Shown piece after piece: positions 21,485-30,976 of a DNA stretch of 64,000 bases. Every line of letters begins with the position of its first letter. Positions within the stretch are counted from its first letter, which is position 1. Under the pieces are notes generated by a model. It searched no databases, was not told where the DNA came from, and worked only from the letters and a program-made list of their open reading frames with translations. This DNA is from an uncultured delta proteobacterium. GTDB lineage: Bacteria; Myxococcota; Myxococcia; Myxococcales; Anaeromyxobacteraceae. The position numbers were made by a program, and so were the translations under genes. The stretch spans positions 583,107 through 647,106 of the forward strand of contig CAWFDF010000004.1 in the NCBI GenBank assembly GCA_963814585.1, written 5' to 3'.

Positions 21485-21772
21485 CTAGGGCTTCAGCTCG
21501 GCCTTGATGAAGGCGGCCACGGCCTTGATCTCCTCGGCCGACAGCTGCGCCTTGAAGGAGGGCATCTTGGCCCGGCCGTTGGCGATCACCTGCTCCATCT
21601 CCGCCGCGGTGAGCTTGGAGGTGACCATGCTGGGCGTGCTGAAGATGGCCTTGCCCCGGCCATCGGCCCCGTGGCACCGGGTGCACTTGCCGTGAAAGAC
21701 CACCAGCCCCGACTCGCCGGCCAGGGCGGCCAGCGGGGCGGAGAGGGCGAGGACCAGGGCGACGCGCTTCAT
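21485..21772 (-). CDS. Small monoheme class I cytochrome c (c6/c553-like)
   Basis: Signal peptide MKRVALVLAL..., CTRCH, axial Met in KMPSF; 95 aa. Confidence 0.88.
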   Translation of the reverse strand: MKRVALVLALSAPLAALAGESGLVVFHGKCTRCHGADGRGKAIFSTPSMVTSKLTAAEMEQVIANGRAKMPSFKAQLSAEEIKAVAAFIKAELKP

Positions 21773-21879
21773 CGTTCTTCTCCGGGCTCCAGGGCCCGCG
21801 ACGCGCGGGCCGGGCAGGAGTAGACCACTTCTCCGGCCGGGGGTCACGGGGCGTGGCCTGCGGCGACCAGGCCGCGCCG

Positions 21880-22557
21880 TCAGTCGGCGCGGGCCAGCGC
21901 CACCACCGTCACCCCTCGCGCTCCCGCCGCCAGGAGCGCGCGCGCGGCGGCGTCGGCGGTGGCGCCGGTCGTCACCACGTCGTCCACCAGCACCAGTGCG
22001 CGGCCGGCCACCCGCCGCGGCTCGGCGACGAAGGCACCGGCCACGTTGGCGGCGCGCGCCGCGCGCGTGCGGCCCACCTGCGGGGGCGTCTCGCGGACCC
22101 GCCGCAGCGCCCCCACCAGCAGGGCGGCGCCGGCGGCGCGGGCCAGGTGCTCGGCCAGGCGGCCGGCCTGGTCGTAGCCCCGGGTCAGCCGGCGCCGCCG
22201 TCCCAGCGGGACCGCCACCACCAGGGCGCCGGGCGGCAGGGAGACGCTCGCCGCCAGCCAGCGCCCCAGCGGCCGCGCCAGCGCCGGCCGGTCGCCGTAC
22301 TTGAGGGCGTGGATGGCGTCGGCCAGCGGGCCCCCGAAGAGGCCGGCGGCCTGGAGCGCGTCGAAGGCCGGCGGACGGGCCAGGCAGGCGCCGCAGGCCG
22401 TGGCGCGACCGGGGAGTCCGCAGCGCGGACACCCCTCGGCGGGCGGGACGATGGCGTCGGCGCAGGTGCCGCAGAACGGCTCCCCCGCCTCACCGCAGGC
22501 GGCGCACCGGGGAGGGTAGAGCAGGTCGAGGAGCGCGGAGGCGAGGGAGCGGAGCAC
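21880..22557 (-). CDS. comF: ComF family protein (double zinc ribbon + phosphoribosyltransferase)
   Basis: LLYPPRCAAC..FCGTC..CPRC..CGAC, RGYDQA, LVDDVVTTGAT. Start uncertain. Confidence 0.88.
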   Translation of the reverse strand: MLRSLASALLDLLYPPRCAACGEAGEPFCGTCADAIVPPAEGCPRCGLPGRATACGACLARPPAFDALQAAGLFGGPLADAIHALKYGDRPALARPLGRWLAASVSLPPGALVVAVPLGRRRRLTRGYDQAGRLAEHLARAAGAALLVGALRRVRETPPQVGRTRAARAANVAGAFVAEPRRVAGRALVLVDDVVTTGATADAAARALLAAGARGVTVVALARAD

Positions 22558-22673
22558 GCTGCGGGGCAGAGCAGGGAGCGTGCCGAAGGTGACCACGACA
22601 TGGCCCATGCCCCCCGGTGCCTTCTCGTCGTGACCGGGACCCGGACCGCAGCCTCGACCCCGATCGCGGCTCC

Positions 22674-24224
22674 CTACTTCTGCACCAGCCCCAGCCCCTT
22701 CATCTCCTTGGGCTGGGGCAGCCCCATCACCTGCAGCGCGGTGGGCGCGACGTCGGCCAGGACGCCCTTCGGTCGGAGCTTCGCCCCTCGGTAGTCGGGA
22801 TCGGCGAGGATGAAGGGAACCGGGTTGAGGGTGTGGGCCGTGTGCGGCTGGCCGGTGGCCGGATCGGTCATCATCTCGCAGTTGCCGTGGTCGGCGGTGA
22901 CCAGCATCGCCATCCCCTGCTGGCGCGCCACGGCGGCGAGACGGCCAACGCACTCGTCCACCACGCGCACCGCCTTCACCGCCGCCTCCATGATGCCGGT
23001 GTGGCCCACCATGTCGGGGTTGGCGAAGTTGACGAGCGCGAAGCCGTACTGGCCGGTGCCGAGCGCGGCGCAGAGCTTGTCGGTGACCTCCCGGGCGCTC
23101 ATCTCCGGCCTCTGGTCGTAGGTCTTCACGTCGCGCGGGCTGGGCACCAGGATCCGCTCCTCGCCCGGGAAGACGGTCTCCCGCCCGCCGTTGAAGAAGA
23201 AGGTGACGTGGGCGTACTTCTCGGTCTCGGCGCAGCGGAGCTGCCTGAGGCCGGCCTTGCTCACCAGCTCCGGGAAGATCTGCTCCAGGCTCTGGGGCGG
23301 GAAGGCCACCGGCCAGGTGAAGGTCTCGTCGTACTGGGTCATGCAGACGTAGGCCGAGAGCTTCGGGACCACCGGCCGCTCGAACTCCTTGAAGGCCGGA
23401 TCGGCCAGCGCCCGGGTCAGCTCGCGCGCCCGGTCGGAGCGGAAGTTGAAGAAGAGGACCGCGTCGCCGTCCTGGATGGAGCCGACCGGCCTGCCGTCGG
23501 CGTCGACGATCACCGTCGGCTTGACGAACTCGTCGGTCACGTCCTGGGCGTGGGAGGCCTCGACGGCCGCCAGCCCCGAGCCGGCGCGGTACCCCTCGCC
23601 ACGGACCATGGCGGCCCAGGCCTGCGCCACCCGGTCCCACCGCTTGTCCCGGTCCATGGCGTAGTAGCGGCCGTGGACCGTGGCGACCCGGCCGGTGCCG
23701 GTGGTCTGGAGCCGCTGCTCCAGCTGCCGCATGAAGCCGGCGCCGGAGCGGGGCGGCGTGTCGCGGCCGTCCATGAAGGCGTGGACGAAGCAGCGCGCCA
23801 CGCCCTCGCGCCGGGCCAGCTCGAGGCAGGCGTGGAGGTGGTCCAGGCTGGAGTGGACCCCGCCGTCGGAGACCAACCCCAGCAGGTGGAGCGCGCCGCC
23901 GTGGGCCCGGGCCCGGCGGCAGGCCTGCACCAGCGCGTCGTTCTGGAAGAAGGAGCCGTCCTCGACGGCGCGGTTGATGCGGACCAGGTCCTGGTAGACG
24001 ATCCGGCCGCAGCCGAGGTTGGTGTGCCCCACCTCGGAGTTGCCCATCTGCCCCTCGGGCAGGCCCACCGACAGCCCGCTGGTCTCGAGCTGCGTCCAGG
24101 GAAACTCGCGCATGAGCGCGTCCATGCTGGGCGTGCCGGCGGCGGCGATGGCGTTGGCCTCGGTCTGGGCGCGCAGCCCCCAGCCATCGAGGACCACCAG
24201 CAGGACGGGCTTCACCTTGGACAC
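22674..24224 (-). CDS. gpmI: 2,3-bisphosphoglycerate-independent phosphoglycerate mutase
   Basis: VVLDGWG, GQMGNSEVGH, GRYYAMDRD, AETEKYAHVT, NPDMVGHTG, TADHGN. GTG start after GGAGG. Confidence 0.97.
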   Translation of the reverse strand: MSKVKPVLLVVLDGWGLRAQTEANAIAAAGTPSMDALMREFPWTQLETSGLSVGLPEGQMGNSEVGHTNLGCGRIVYQDLVRINRAVEDGSFFQNDALVQACRRARAHGGALHLLGLVSDGGVHSSLDHLHACLELARREGVARCFVHAFMDGRDTPPRSGAGFMRQLEQRLQTTGTGRVATVHGRYYAMDRDKRWDRVAQAWAAMVRGEGYRAGSGLAAVEASHAQDVTDEFVKPTVIVDADGRPVGSIQDGDAVLFFNFRSDRARELTRALADPAFKEFERPVVPKLSAYVCMTQYDETFTWPVAFPPQSLEQIFPELVSKAGLRQLRCAETEKYAHVTFFFNGGRETVFPGEERILVPSPRDVKTYDQRPEMSAREVTDKLCAALGTGQYGFALVNFANPDMVGHTGIMEAAVKAVRVVDECVGRLAAVARQQGMAMLVTADHGNCEMMTDPATGQPHTAHTLNPVPFILADPDYRGAKLRPKGVLADVAPTALQVMGLPQPKEMKGLGLVQK

Positions 24225-24368
24225 GCGGAACCTCCCCGGAGCGCCGAAGAGCGCGGTGCAAGGATACCAGGACCGCGAGGCGCAGGCCTCCGGAGGGCGG
24301 GAAGCCGCGGCGAGGCCTCGGTCGCATCGCCTTGCCTGCGCCCTGGCGCTGGTCCACCATGCGGCGCC

Positions 24369-24947
24369 ATGGACGCCCTCCTCGTCGCCGCCTTTCCACC
24401 GGAGCTGGCCGGGCTCGACGCCGCGCCGCCGCCCGGCTGGCGCGTCGCGGTCACCGGCATCGGCGCGCTCTCCGCCGCCGCGGTGACGGCCCGGCTGGTC
24501 GCCGAGCGGCGCCCGTCCAGGGTGCTCTTCGCCGGCACCTGCGGCGCCTACGACGATCGCCTCTCGGTGGGCGACCTGCTCTCGGCCTCCGCCGCCGTCG
24601 CCATCTCCCTCGACGTGCTGGAGGGGCGGGCCTACCAGCCCGAGCTCGAGGTCACCCGCTGGGCGGCGGGCTGGGCGCTTCCCTTCCCCCCGCACCTGGT
24701 GGCGGTTCCGCCAGGCGTCACCTGCACCGCCGACGGTGCGCGCCGGCTCGCGGCGGTGGCCGCCGCCGAGCACCTCGAGCTGACCGGGGTCTTCGCCGCC
24801 TGCCACGCCGCCGGCGTCCCGGTGGCCGGCGCCCTGGCCGTCGCCAACCGGGTCGGCCCCGCCGCCCACGCGGAGTGGATGGCCCACCACGCCCGGGTGA
24901 GCCGTGAGCTGATGGCGGCGCTGGGACCGGTGCTGCGGGGAACCTGA
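24369..24947 (+). CDS. Nucleoside phosphorylase family protein (futalosine hydrolase MqnB-like)
   Basis: VAAFPPEL, TGIG, FAGTCGAY, AEHLELTGV, VANRVG; PNP/MTAN fold pattern. Confidence 0.7.
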   Translation: MDALLVAAFPPELAGLDAAPPPGWRVAVTGIGALSAAAVTARLVAERRPSRVLFAGTCGAYDDRLSVGDLLSASAAVAISLDVLEGRAYQPELEVTRWAAGWALPFPPHLVAVPPGVTCTADGARRLAAVAAAEHLELTGVFAACHAAGVPVAGALAVANRVGPAAHAEWMAHHARVSRELMAALGPVLRGT

Positions 24948-25004
24948 GGGCGCCGTGCTCCCCGACGTGGTCCCGCGGCGCCGTGCCCGCGGCCACGCCT
25001 CGAC

Positions 25005-25466
25005 CTACTTGTGGTACGGCTCGCCGCGGATGATGGTCATGGCGCGGTAGAGCTGCTCGACCAGCACCAGGCGCGCCAGCCGGTGGGCCAGCGTCAGCGT
25101 CGAGAGCGCCAGCCGCTCCTGGGCTCGCTCCAGCACCGCCGGGGCCAGGCCGTCGGATCCGCCGATGACCAGCGCCACGTCCTGGCCGCGGCCCATCCAC
25201 CGCTCCACCCGCCTGGCCAGCTCGAGGCTGGTCGGCTGGTCCCCGCGCTCGTCGAGCGCCACGACCCGCTCGCGCGCCTCCAGCTTCCCGAGGATGGTGG
25301 CCGCCTCCTCGTCCCTGGCCTGCGGCGTGCCGGCCTGCTTCCTGGCCTCGGGGAGCTCCACCAGCTCGAACTTGAGCTGCCGCGACAGGCGCGCCACGTA
25401 CTCGTCCACGGCCGGCGCGTAGAGCCCGGAGCGGTCGCGGCCCACCGCCAGCAGCCGGATCCTCAC
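25005..25466 (-). CDS. rlmH: 23S rRNA pseudouridine-1915 N3-methyltransferase
   Basis: ALDERG, IGGSDGL, TLAHRLARLVLVEQLYRAMTI, EPYHK. Confidence 0.96.
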   Translation of the reverse strand: MRIRLLAVGRDRSGLYAPAVDEYVARLSRQLKFELVELPEARKQAGTPQARDEEAATILGKLEARERVVALDERGDQPTSLELARRVERWMGRGQDVALVIGGSDGLAPAVLERAQERLALSTLTLAHRLARLVLVEQLYRAMTIIRGEPYHK

Positions 25467-25491
25467 GGCGCCCTCCGCGCGCCGGGCGCCT

Positions 25492-26595
25492 TCACGCTTC
25501 GGCCTCGCCGGGCGGGGTCCCCTCGGCCACGGCGCGCGCCAGCACCACCTCCAGGCTGGCCAGGGTCTCCTCGTGGCCGGGGTGGGGCGCCGCCGCCAGG
25601 TTCCGCTCGAACTCGTCGGCCCGCTCCAGCAGCTCGCCCACCTTGGCCCCGGTGACCTCGTCGGCGGTCAGGCCGAAGCCGAGCTTCTCCAGGTACCGCC
25701 CGTTGAGGATCTGCTCGAACTGCTTCTTCACCGGCACCGAGAGCATGGGGCGTCCCAGCTGGACCGCCTCGCTCATCAGGGTGAAGCTGCCGCCGGAGAT
25801 CACGGCGCGGGCGGTGCGCAGGTCCTCGATGAAGGCCGCCTCGCCGAAGGGCCGGTAGCGCAGCTTCCCCTCCCGCACCTCGGCCGTGAGCTCGCGGCGG
25901 AGTCCGTAGATGCGACACTCCCTCCCCGTCCTCTCCAGGATCTCGGGGAGCGCCGCGTTGGAGGTGCTGGTCTGGTAGACCAGCAGGTGCTGCCCCGGCT
26001 CGGCGCGGGCGGCGCGGATCTCCGGGCGCAGCACCGGCGGGTGGAGCGTGGTGCGCGGGTGGGTGACCTCGGGCCGGAAGAAGCTGGTGATGAGGTAGTG
26101 GAAGCAGCCCGGCAGCTTGGCCTTCACGATGGCCTTGGCGGTCAGGTACTCGGTCTCCTTGCCGGCCAGGACGTCGGCCGGGAAGGCGCACCGGTTGACG
26201 ATCTGGTTGTTGTCGAGGCTCACCACCGGCAGGCGGTGGAGCCGGCCGTAGAGGTAGCTCCAGGACTCGAAGTCGGAGACGACCACGTCCGGGCGGAACT
26301 GCATGGTCAGGTCGAAGTAGGTCTTGAGGTTCCTGGGCAGCCCCCCGGTGAAGGCGCTCTTGACGTTGGAGAGGATGGTGCGCAGCTGCTGCACCTCGTT
26401 GTCCTCGTAGACGATCGACAGCCCCCAGATCCTGTTCACGCCGAGGCGATCGTGCTCCCGGGCCTTGAGGTAGTCGTGGGCGCGGCCAGACACCACCACC
26501 TCGACCTCGTGCTGCCGGGAGAGGTGATCGATGACCACGCGCGAGCGGGTGGCGTGCCCCATGCCCTCGCCGGCCACGCCGTACAGGATCCGCAT
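25492..26595 (-). CDS. GT-B glycosyltransferase (MJ1255/VC2487-like)
   Basis: MRILYGVAGEGMGHATRS, VVSDFE, GGSFTLMSEA, QFEQILN. Confidence 0.8.
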   Translation of the reverse strand: MRILYGVAGEGMGHATRSRVVIDHLSRQHEVEVVVSGRAHDYLKAREHDRLGVNRIWGLSIVYEDNEVQQLRTILSNVKSAFTGGLPRNLKTYFDLTMQFRPDVVVSDFESWSYLYGRLHRLPVVSLDNNQIVNRCAFPADVLAGKETEYLTAKAIVKAKLPGCFHYLITSFFRPEVTHPRTTLHPPVLRPEIRAARAEPGQHLLVYQTSTSNAALPEILERTGRECRIYGLRRELTAEVREGKLRYRPFGEAAFIEDLRTARAVISGGSFTLMSEAVQLGRPMLSVPVKKQFEQILNGRYLEKLGFGLTADEVTGAKVGELLERADEFERNLAAAPHPGHEETLASLEVVLARAVAEGTPPGEAEA

Positions 26596-26658
26596 GTGGC
26601 GAGTCTACCCGGTCCGGATCCCGCGGTGCACGCCGGCACCGGGCCGCCCCACTCCGGG

Positions 26659-27903
26659 CTAACCCGCGCAGACCACCGACACGTCGATCCGGTCGCCGAG
26701 CCCGAGCGTGCAGGCGTTCTGGAAGGTGAGCTGGGCCGGGCGGCCGAAGCCGGGCGGCGAGTAGATGGCGTCGGCCGCCGGGGCCTCCGGCGTCGCGTCG
26801 AGCGCCACGGCGCAGGCGATCACGGCCCCGCTGGCCCTGGTCAGCCTCACCGCCAGCATGCGCCAGTCGGCCGGCGTGCCCTGCAGCGGCATCGACGAGG
26901 GCGTCAGCTGCTCGGCGAAGCGGAGCAGCGTGGCGCTGAAGTCGGCGTCGCAGATGGAGCCGACCTGCATCCGGGCGTCGCCGAGCGCCGTGAGCAGCTG
27001 GTCGAAGCGGTCGGCCTTGTCGAGCGCGGTGCCGCAGGCGGTGTTGGCGCAGAGCCCGGCGTCGCCGCACGACGGCTGGAGCGTGGCCGGGTCGAAGCCG
27101 GCGATGGCCCCGACCGAGACGTCGCGGAGCTCGCCGCCGATGGGCCCGAGCAGGAAGGAGGCGAAGCCGGTGACGCCGTCCATCAGGGCCGGATCGTCCT
27201 TCACCGCCAGGTCATGGCACTGGGTGTTGGAGGAGACGCTGGTGGTGGGGTCGCCGGAGCAGTCGTCCTCGTCGGTGAGGAAGAAGACGGCGAGCCGGGC
27301 CCCGGGCCGCAGGAACCCGGCGTTGGCGCCGGCCAGGCGGTCGGTGAGGGCCAGCCGGGCGGCGCGGAAGTGCTGCTCTCGCCCGCTGCCGCGCGTGCCC
27401 ACCAGGACGTTGGCCCTGAAGTCCTGCTGCAGGGAGGTCATCCCGGCGTCGAGGATCCGGTTGCCGCCCCAGGTGCTGGTGGCGGCGTCGTAGATGAAGT
27501 CGCCGCTCACGCCCACGCCGCCGACCTGGGTGACGGCCACGACGGCGCCGTCCGGAAAGGGGACGCCCGCGGCCGGCCCGCCGGTGTAGGCCTGCGCCGG
27601 GTTCGAGGCCGCCGAGGTCTTGAACCCCTCGATCGAGGTGTTGGTGACGGCGATGCGGAAGTCGTTCTCCACCGGGGACGCCGCCAGCGCGTCGATGAAG
27701 GCGCCGAGGCTGGCGGCCAGGTTGGCCTGCTCCTCGCTCATCGAGCCGGAGTCGTCGATGACGAAGAGGATGTCGGTCTGGACCTTGTCGGGCAGCACCT
27801 GCGAGGCCTGGCAGGACTGGAGCGCGGCGTCGGGGACGGTGTCGCAGGCGCAGCCCTGGAGGACCGCGAGGGCGGCGCAGATCGAGGCGGTGGTGGTGCG
27901 CAT
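26659..27903 (-). CDS. Cys-rich vWA-domain lipoprotein (MIDAS motif)
   Basis: Lipobox LQGC; DILFVIDDSGSM (DxSxS), FLRPGARLAVFFLTDEDDCS; 13 Cys in total. Confidence 0.78.
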   Translation of the reverse strand: MRTTTASICAALAVLQGCACDTVPDAALQSCQASQVLPDKVQTDILFVIDDSGSMSEEQANLAASLGAFIDALAASPVENDFRIAVTNTSIEGFKTSAASNPAQAYTGGPAAGVPFPDGAVVAVTQVGGVGVSGDFIYDAATSTWGGNRILDAGMTSLQQDFRANVLVGTRGSGREQHFRAARLALTDRLAGANAGFLRPGARLAVFFLTDEDDCSGDPTTSVSSNTQCHDLAVKDDPALMDGVTGFASFLLGPIGGELRDVSVGAIAGFDPATLQPSCGDAGLCANTACGTALDKADRFDQLLTALGDARMQVGSICDADFSATLLRFAEQLTPSSMPLQGTPADWRMLAVRLTRASGAVIACAVALDATPEAPAADAIYSPPGFGRPAQLTFQNACTLGLGDRIDVSVVCAG

Positions 27904-27924
27904 GGTCGATCGGTGCCGTCCGGA

Positions 27925-28560
27925 TCACTCCTTCAGGCGCCCCTCCTTCTCCTCGGCCAGGCGCTCCAGCGTCGCCGCCGCCGCCGCCCGCGCCTCCGGC
28001 CCGGCCCCAGCATCGCGCAAGGCGCGCGCCGCCGCCAGCGCCAGGTCCCGCTCGCGGGCCTCCTGCTCGCGGAGCGCGTCCACCATGCCGGCCACGTCCT
28101 CCCCGAGGTCGACGAGCAGATCGCCGGTGCGGAGCGCCCGCGGCCGCGTCAGCCGGCCCTGGCCGACCTGGCGGCAGGTCCGGGCGATGGCGAAGGCCGG
28201 GCCGGCGATGCGGTGGGTGATCACCACCGCCGCGGCCAGCAGGCAGAGGAGCACGCCGGCCAGCGCCACCGCCACCAGCAGGATCCGGCCACGGTCCTCG
28301 GCGGCCAGGGCGCCCGCCAGCGAGTCACCGGCGTCGGGGGCGCTGAGCGCGATGACCCGGCTGGTCTCGTCGTAGGCCTGCCAGAGCATCCAGCCCAGCC
28401 CGACCGAGAGGACCACGGCCACGGCGATGAGGTAGCTGGCCAGCCTCAGCTGCAGCGAGGTGTCCACCAGGAAGTTGCGCATCCGCCGATGCCGGCGCCC
28501 GCCCTCGCCCTGGTCTGGGGGCGCGGCGGAGACCGGCGCTGGTGGGCTCACCGTGGACAT
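27925..28560 (-). CDS. Two-TM membrane protein with HAMP-like domain
   Basis: RNFLVDTSLQLR, two hydrophobic segments, THRIAGP...LRTGD HAMP pattern, coiled-coil tail; no kinase or MCP output domain. Confidence 0.7.
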   Translation of the reverse strand: MSTVSPPAPVSAAPPDQGEGGRRHRRMRNFLVDTSLQLRLASYLIAVAVVLSVGLGWMLWQAYDETSRVIALSAPDAGDSLAGALAAEDRGRILLVAVALAGVLLCLLAAAVVITHRIAGPAFAIARTCRQVGQGRLTRPRALRTGDLLVDLGEDVAGMVDALREQEARERDLALAAARALRDAGAGPEARAAAAATLERLAEEKEGRLKE

Positions 28561-28572
28561 GCTCCCTCCCTT

Positions 28573-29259
28573 CTAGCGCCGTCCGAGCTTGACCGCGAGA
28601 TCGTCGCCCAGTCCCCGGCCGGCGGCCTCGACCACCCTCCCGACGTAGGCGGCCCGACGTGACTCGGGCACCGCCCCCGCCACCGCCGCCCGGGCCTTGC
28701 TCTCGAGCAGGTCCATGCGGCCGTCGCCGTCGACCACCACCAGCGAGGCCCGGGCCTCGAAGGTGGTCCGGCCGCCGCTCTCGGCGACCTCGACCGTCAC
28801 CTTGGGCTTCACCAGCAGCTCGCCGTGCTCGGCGACCGAGAGGCCGCGGCCCCGGAGCTGGCCCGCCACCGCGTCCGAGAGCCGCGCCCCGGACGAGCCG
28901 CTGGCCTCCTCCACGGTGAGCGTCACCGGCCCCAGCGCCGCCAGCGCCCGCTCGGCGGCGCCACGGACGGCCGGATCGGGATCGGCCTGCGCCGCCGCCT
29001 TCAGGGTGACCCGGGCCGAGCGCGCCTGGAGCCGGCCCAGCGCCGACACGGCGGCCAGCCGGACCGCCGGGGCCCTGTCGCCGGTGACGGCCTCGCGGAG
29101 CGCCGCCGTCGCCTCGGGCGAGCCGCGCTGGCCGAGCACGATGGCGGCCTGGGTCCGGACCTTGAGGGAGGGATCGGTCCGCAGGGCGATCACCGCCTCG
29201 TCGGCGCGAGACGCCGGCGCGAGCACCGCGAGGAGCAGGGCGGCCAGGAGGCGGGTCAT
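28573..29259 (-). CDS. Secreted HEAT-repeat protein
   Basis: Signal peptide; repeats DPSLKVRTQAAIVLG, DRAPAVRLAAVSALG, DPDPAVRGAAERAL. Confidence 0.78.
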   Translation of the reverse strand: MTRLLAALLLAVLAPASRADEAVIALRTDPSLKVRTQAAIVLGQRGSPEATAALREAVTGDRAPAVRLAAVSALGRLQARSARVTLKAAAQADPDPAVRGAAERALAALGPVTLTVEEASGSSGARLSDAVAGQLRGRGLSVAEHGELLVKPKVTVEVAESGGRTTFEARASLVVVDGDGRMDLLESKARAAVAGAVPESRRAAYVGRVVEAAGRGLGDDLAVKLGRR

Positions 29260-29265
29260 CGACGA

Positions 29266-30759
29266 CTACGGGGCGCTCGTGATGATGGTGAACTCGACGC
29301 GCCGGTTCCTGGCGCGGCCCAGCGCGGTCTCGTTGGAGGCGATGGGCTTGTCGTAGCCGTAGCCGGCGGGCTCCAGCCGGCCGGCCTCCACCCCCTTGCC
29401 GACCAGGTAGCTCACCACCGAGGCGGCGCGGCGGGCCGAGAGGTCCTTGTTGTAGGCGGCGCTGCCGACGGTGTCGGTGTGCCCCTCGACCCGGATCAGC
29501 TTGAGCTCGGAGTGCTGGACGATGAGCGCCGCCACCTGGTCGAGGATGGCGTGCGACTCGGGCTTGATGGTGGCGCGATCGGTGTCGAAGTGGATCGAGT
29601 CGTTCAGCGAGAGCCGCTGCGACTGGAGCTCGACGAGCGGCTCGGCCTCCGGCAGCGGGCAGCCGGCGTTCTCGGCCGGACCGGGCTCGTCCGGGCACTT
29701 GTCCTCGCGGTCGGGGATGCCGTCGCCGTCGCGATCCGGGCAGCCGTCCAGGTCGGGCCTTCCCGGCACCTTGGGGCAGAGGTCCTTCAGGTTGGGCACG
29801 CCGTCGCCGTCGTCGTCGCCGTCGGGTGGTCCGGGCACCTCGGCGGTCCAGCGCACCCCGGCGAAGACGCGCCACCGCTCGTGTCCGTAGCCGACCTCGC
29901 CGATCCCGGTGCCGAGCCCGAGCTCGCCGGACCACCGCGGCGTGAACCAGGCGCGGACGCCGGCCCGGGCCGTGAGCACGGTGCGGTAGCGATCGGTGGA
30001 GGTGTCGTCGCCGCGCTGCCAGGCGCCGGTCAGCTCGGCGATGGCCTTCCACCGGTCCACCTGCTTCAGGGGCGGGAGGTCGAGCGCCCCGCCGACCCCG
30101 TAGCTGAAGCCGTCGTGGACCACCAGCTGGGCATACTGGCCGGTGCCTCGGAGCAGGTAGCCGAGCTGTCCGTCCACCCGCACCTGGCCGAAGCGGCGCG
30201 AGCCGATCACCGAGGTGGCCAGCGCCAGCCCGTCGCTGGTGAAGGCCTCGGCGTTGCCGGTGGGCAGCCGCAGGTCGACGAGCACGGCCAGGTCGAGCGG
30301 CCAGCTGGCGCCGTCGAGCACCGGCAGCTTGGCGCCGAGCCGCAGGTCGCCCAGCGCCGTCGAGGCGATGGGAGCGACGAGCGGCCCGGTCACGCCCTGG
30401 TCGACCAGCAGCGAGAAGTCGGTCTGCTGCCAGAGGGCCACCGGCAGGTGGGCGCCGAGCTCGACCCGGCCCATCGACCAGGCCCCCAGCAGGTGCAGGG
30501 TGAGCCGGTAGGCGATCAGGTCGTCGGTCTGGTCCCCCAGCTTGAGGACCATGAGCCCGCTGGCCAGGTCGAGCACCGCGCCGAAGGCGTGGGCTCCCTT
30601 CTCGGCGGCGCGGGCCGTCTCCACCGCGAAGCCGCCGTCCAGCGAGAGGGCGGGCTTCACCGGATCGGCCTCGAAGCCACGTGCGTAGGGATCGTCGGCA
30701 ACTCCGGCCGAGGGCATCAGCGCGAGCACCGCGAGGCAGAGGAGGAGCCGGCCGGGCAT
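29266..30759 (-). CDS. OmpA-family protein: OM beta-barrel + TSP3 Ca-binding repeats + peptidoglycan-binding domain (TraB-like architecture)
   Basis: Signal peptide; LGDLRLGAK, LPTG barrel strands; DDDGDGVP..DLCP and DRDGDGIPDREDKCP; IHFDTD, VEGHTD, LSARRA, RNRRVEF. Confidence 0.88.
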   Translation of the reverse strand: MPGRLLLCLAVLALMPSAGVADDPYARGFEADPVKPALSLDGGFAVETARAAEKGAHAFGAVLDLASGLMVLKLGDQTDDLIAYRLTLHLLGAWSMGRVELGAHLPVALWQQTDFSLLVDQGVTGPLVAPIASTALGDLRLGAKLPVLDGASWPLDLAVLVDLRLPTGNAEAFTSDGLALATSVIGSRRFGQVRVDGQLGYLLRGTGQYAQLVVHDGFSYGVGGALDLPPLKQVDRWKAIAELTGAWQRGDDTSTDRYRTVLTARAGVRAWFTPRWSGELGLGTGIGEVGYGHERWRVFAGVRWTAEVPGPPDGDDDGDGVPNLKDLCPKVPGRPDLDGCPDRDGDGIPDREDKCPDEPGPAENAGCPLPEAEPLVELQSQRLSLNDSIHFDTDRATIKPESHAILDQVAALIVQHSELKLIRVEGHTDTVGSAAYNKDLSARRAASVVSYLVGKGVEAGRLEPAGYGYDKPIASNETALGRARNRRVEFTIITSAP

Positions 30760-30976
30760 GGGGGCAGCTTAGGACAGCGGGGGCCGGAGGCAAGCGCCCG
30801 TCCACCGGATCCCGGCCGCGGGAAGGAGCGCACAGCGCCGCACACCGGGCGGCCGAGACGCCGGCAGGGCCAGGTGCTCCGGCCGGGCGTGGCTCGCCGA
30901 ACCGCGGGGGAGGCGCTCCGCCACCCTGCGCCGCGGATCGGCCGCACCGGCGGCGGAGGGGTCCTCCGCGGTGCGC

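Noticed and set aside
26659..27903. Naming this gene cglB, and 29266-30759 traB
   Set aside because: Only the domain architecture matches. Orthology cannot be shown by eye and no traA or glt genes are adjacent.
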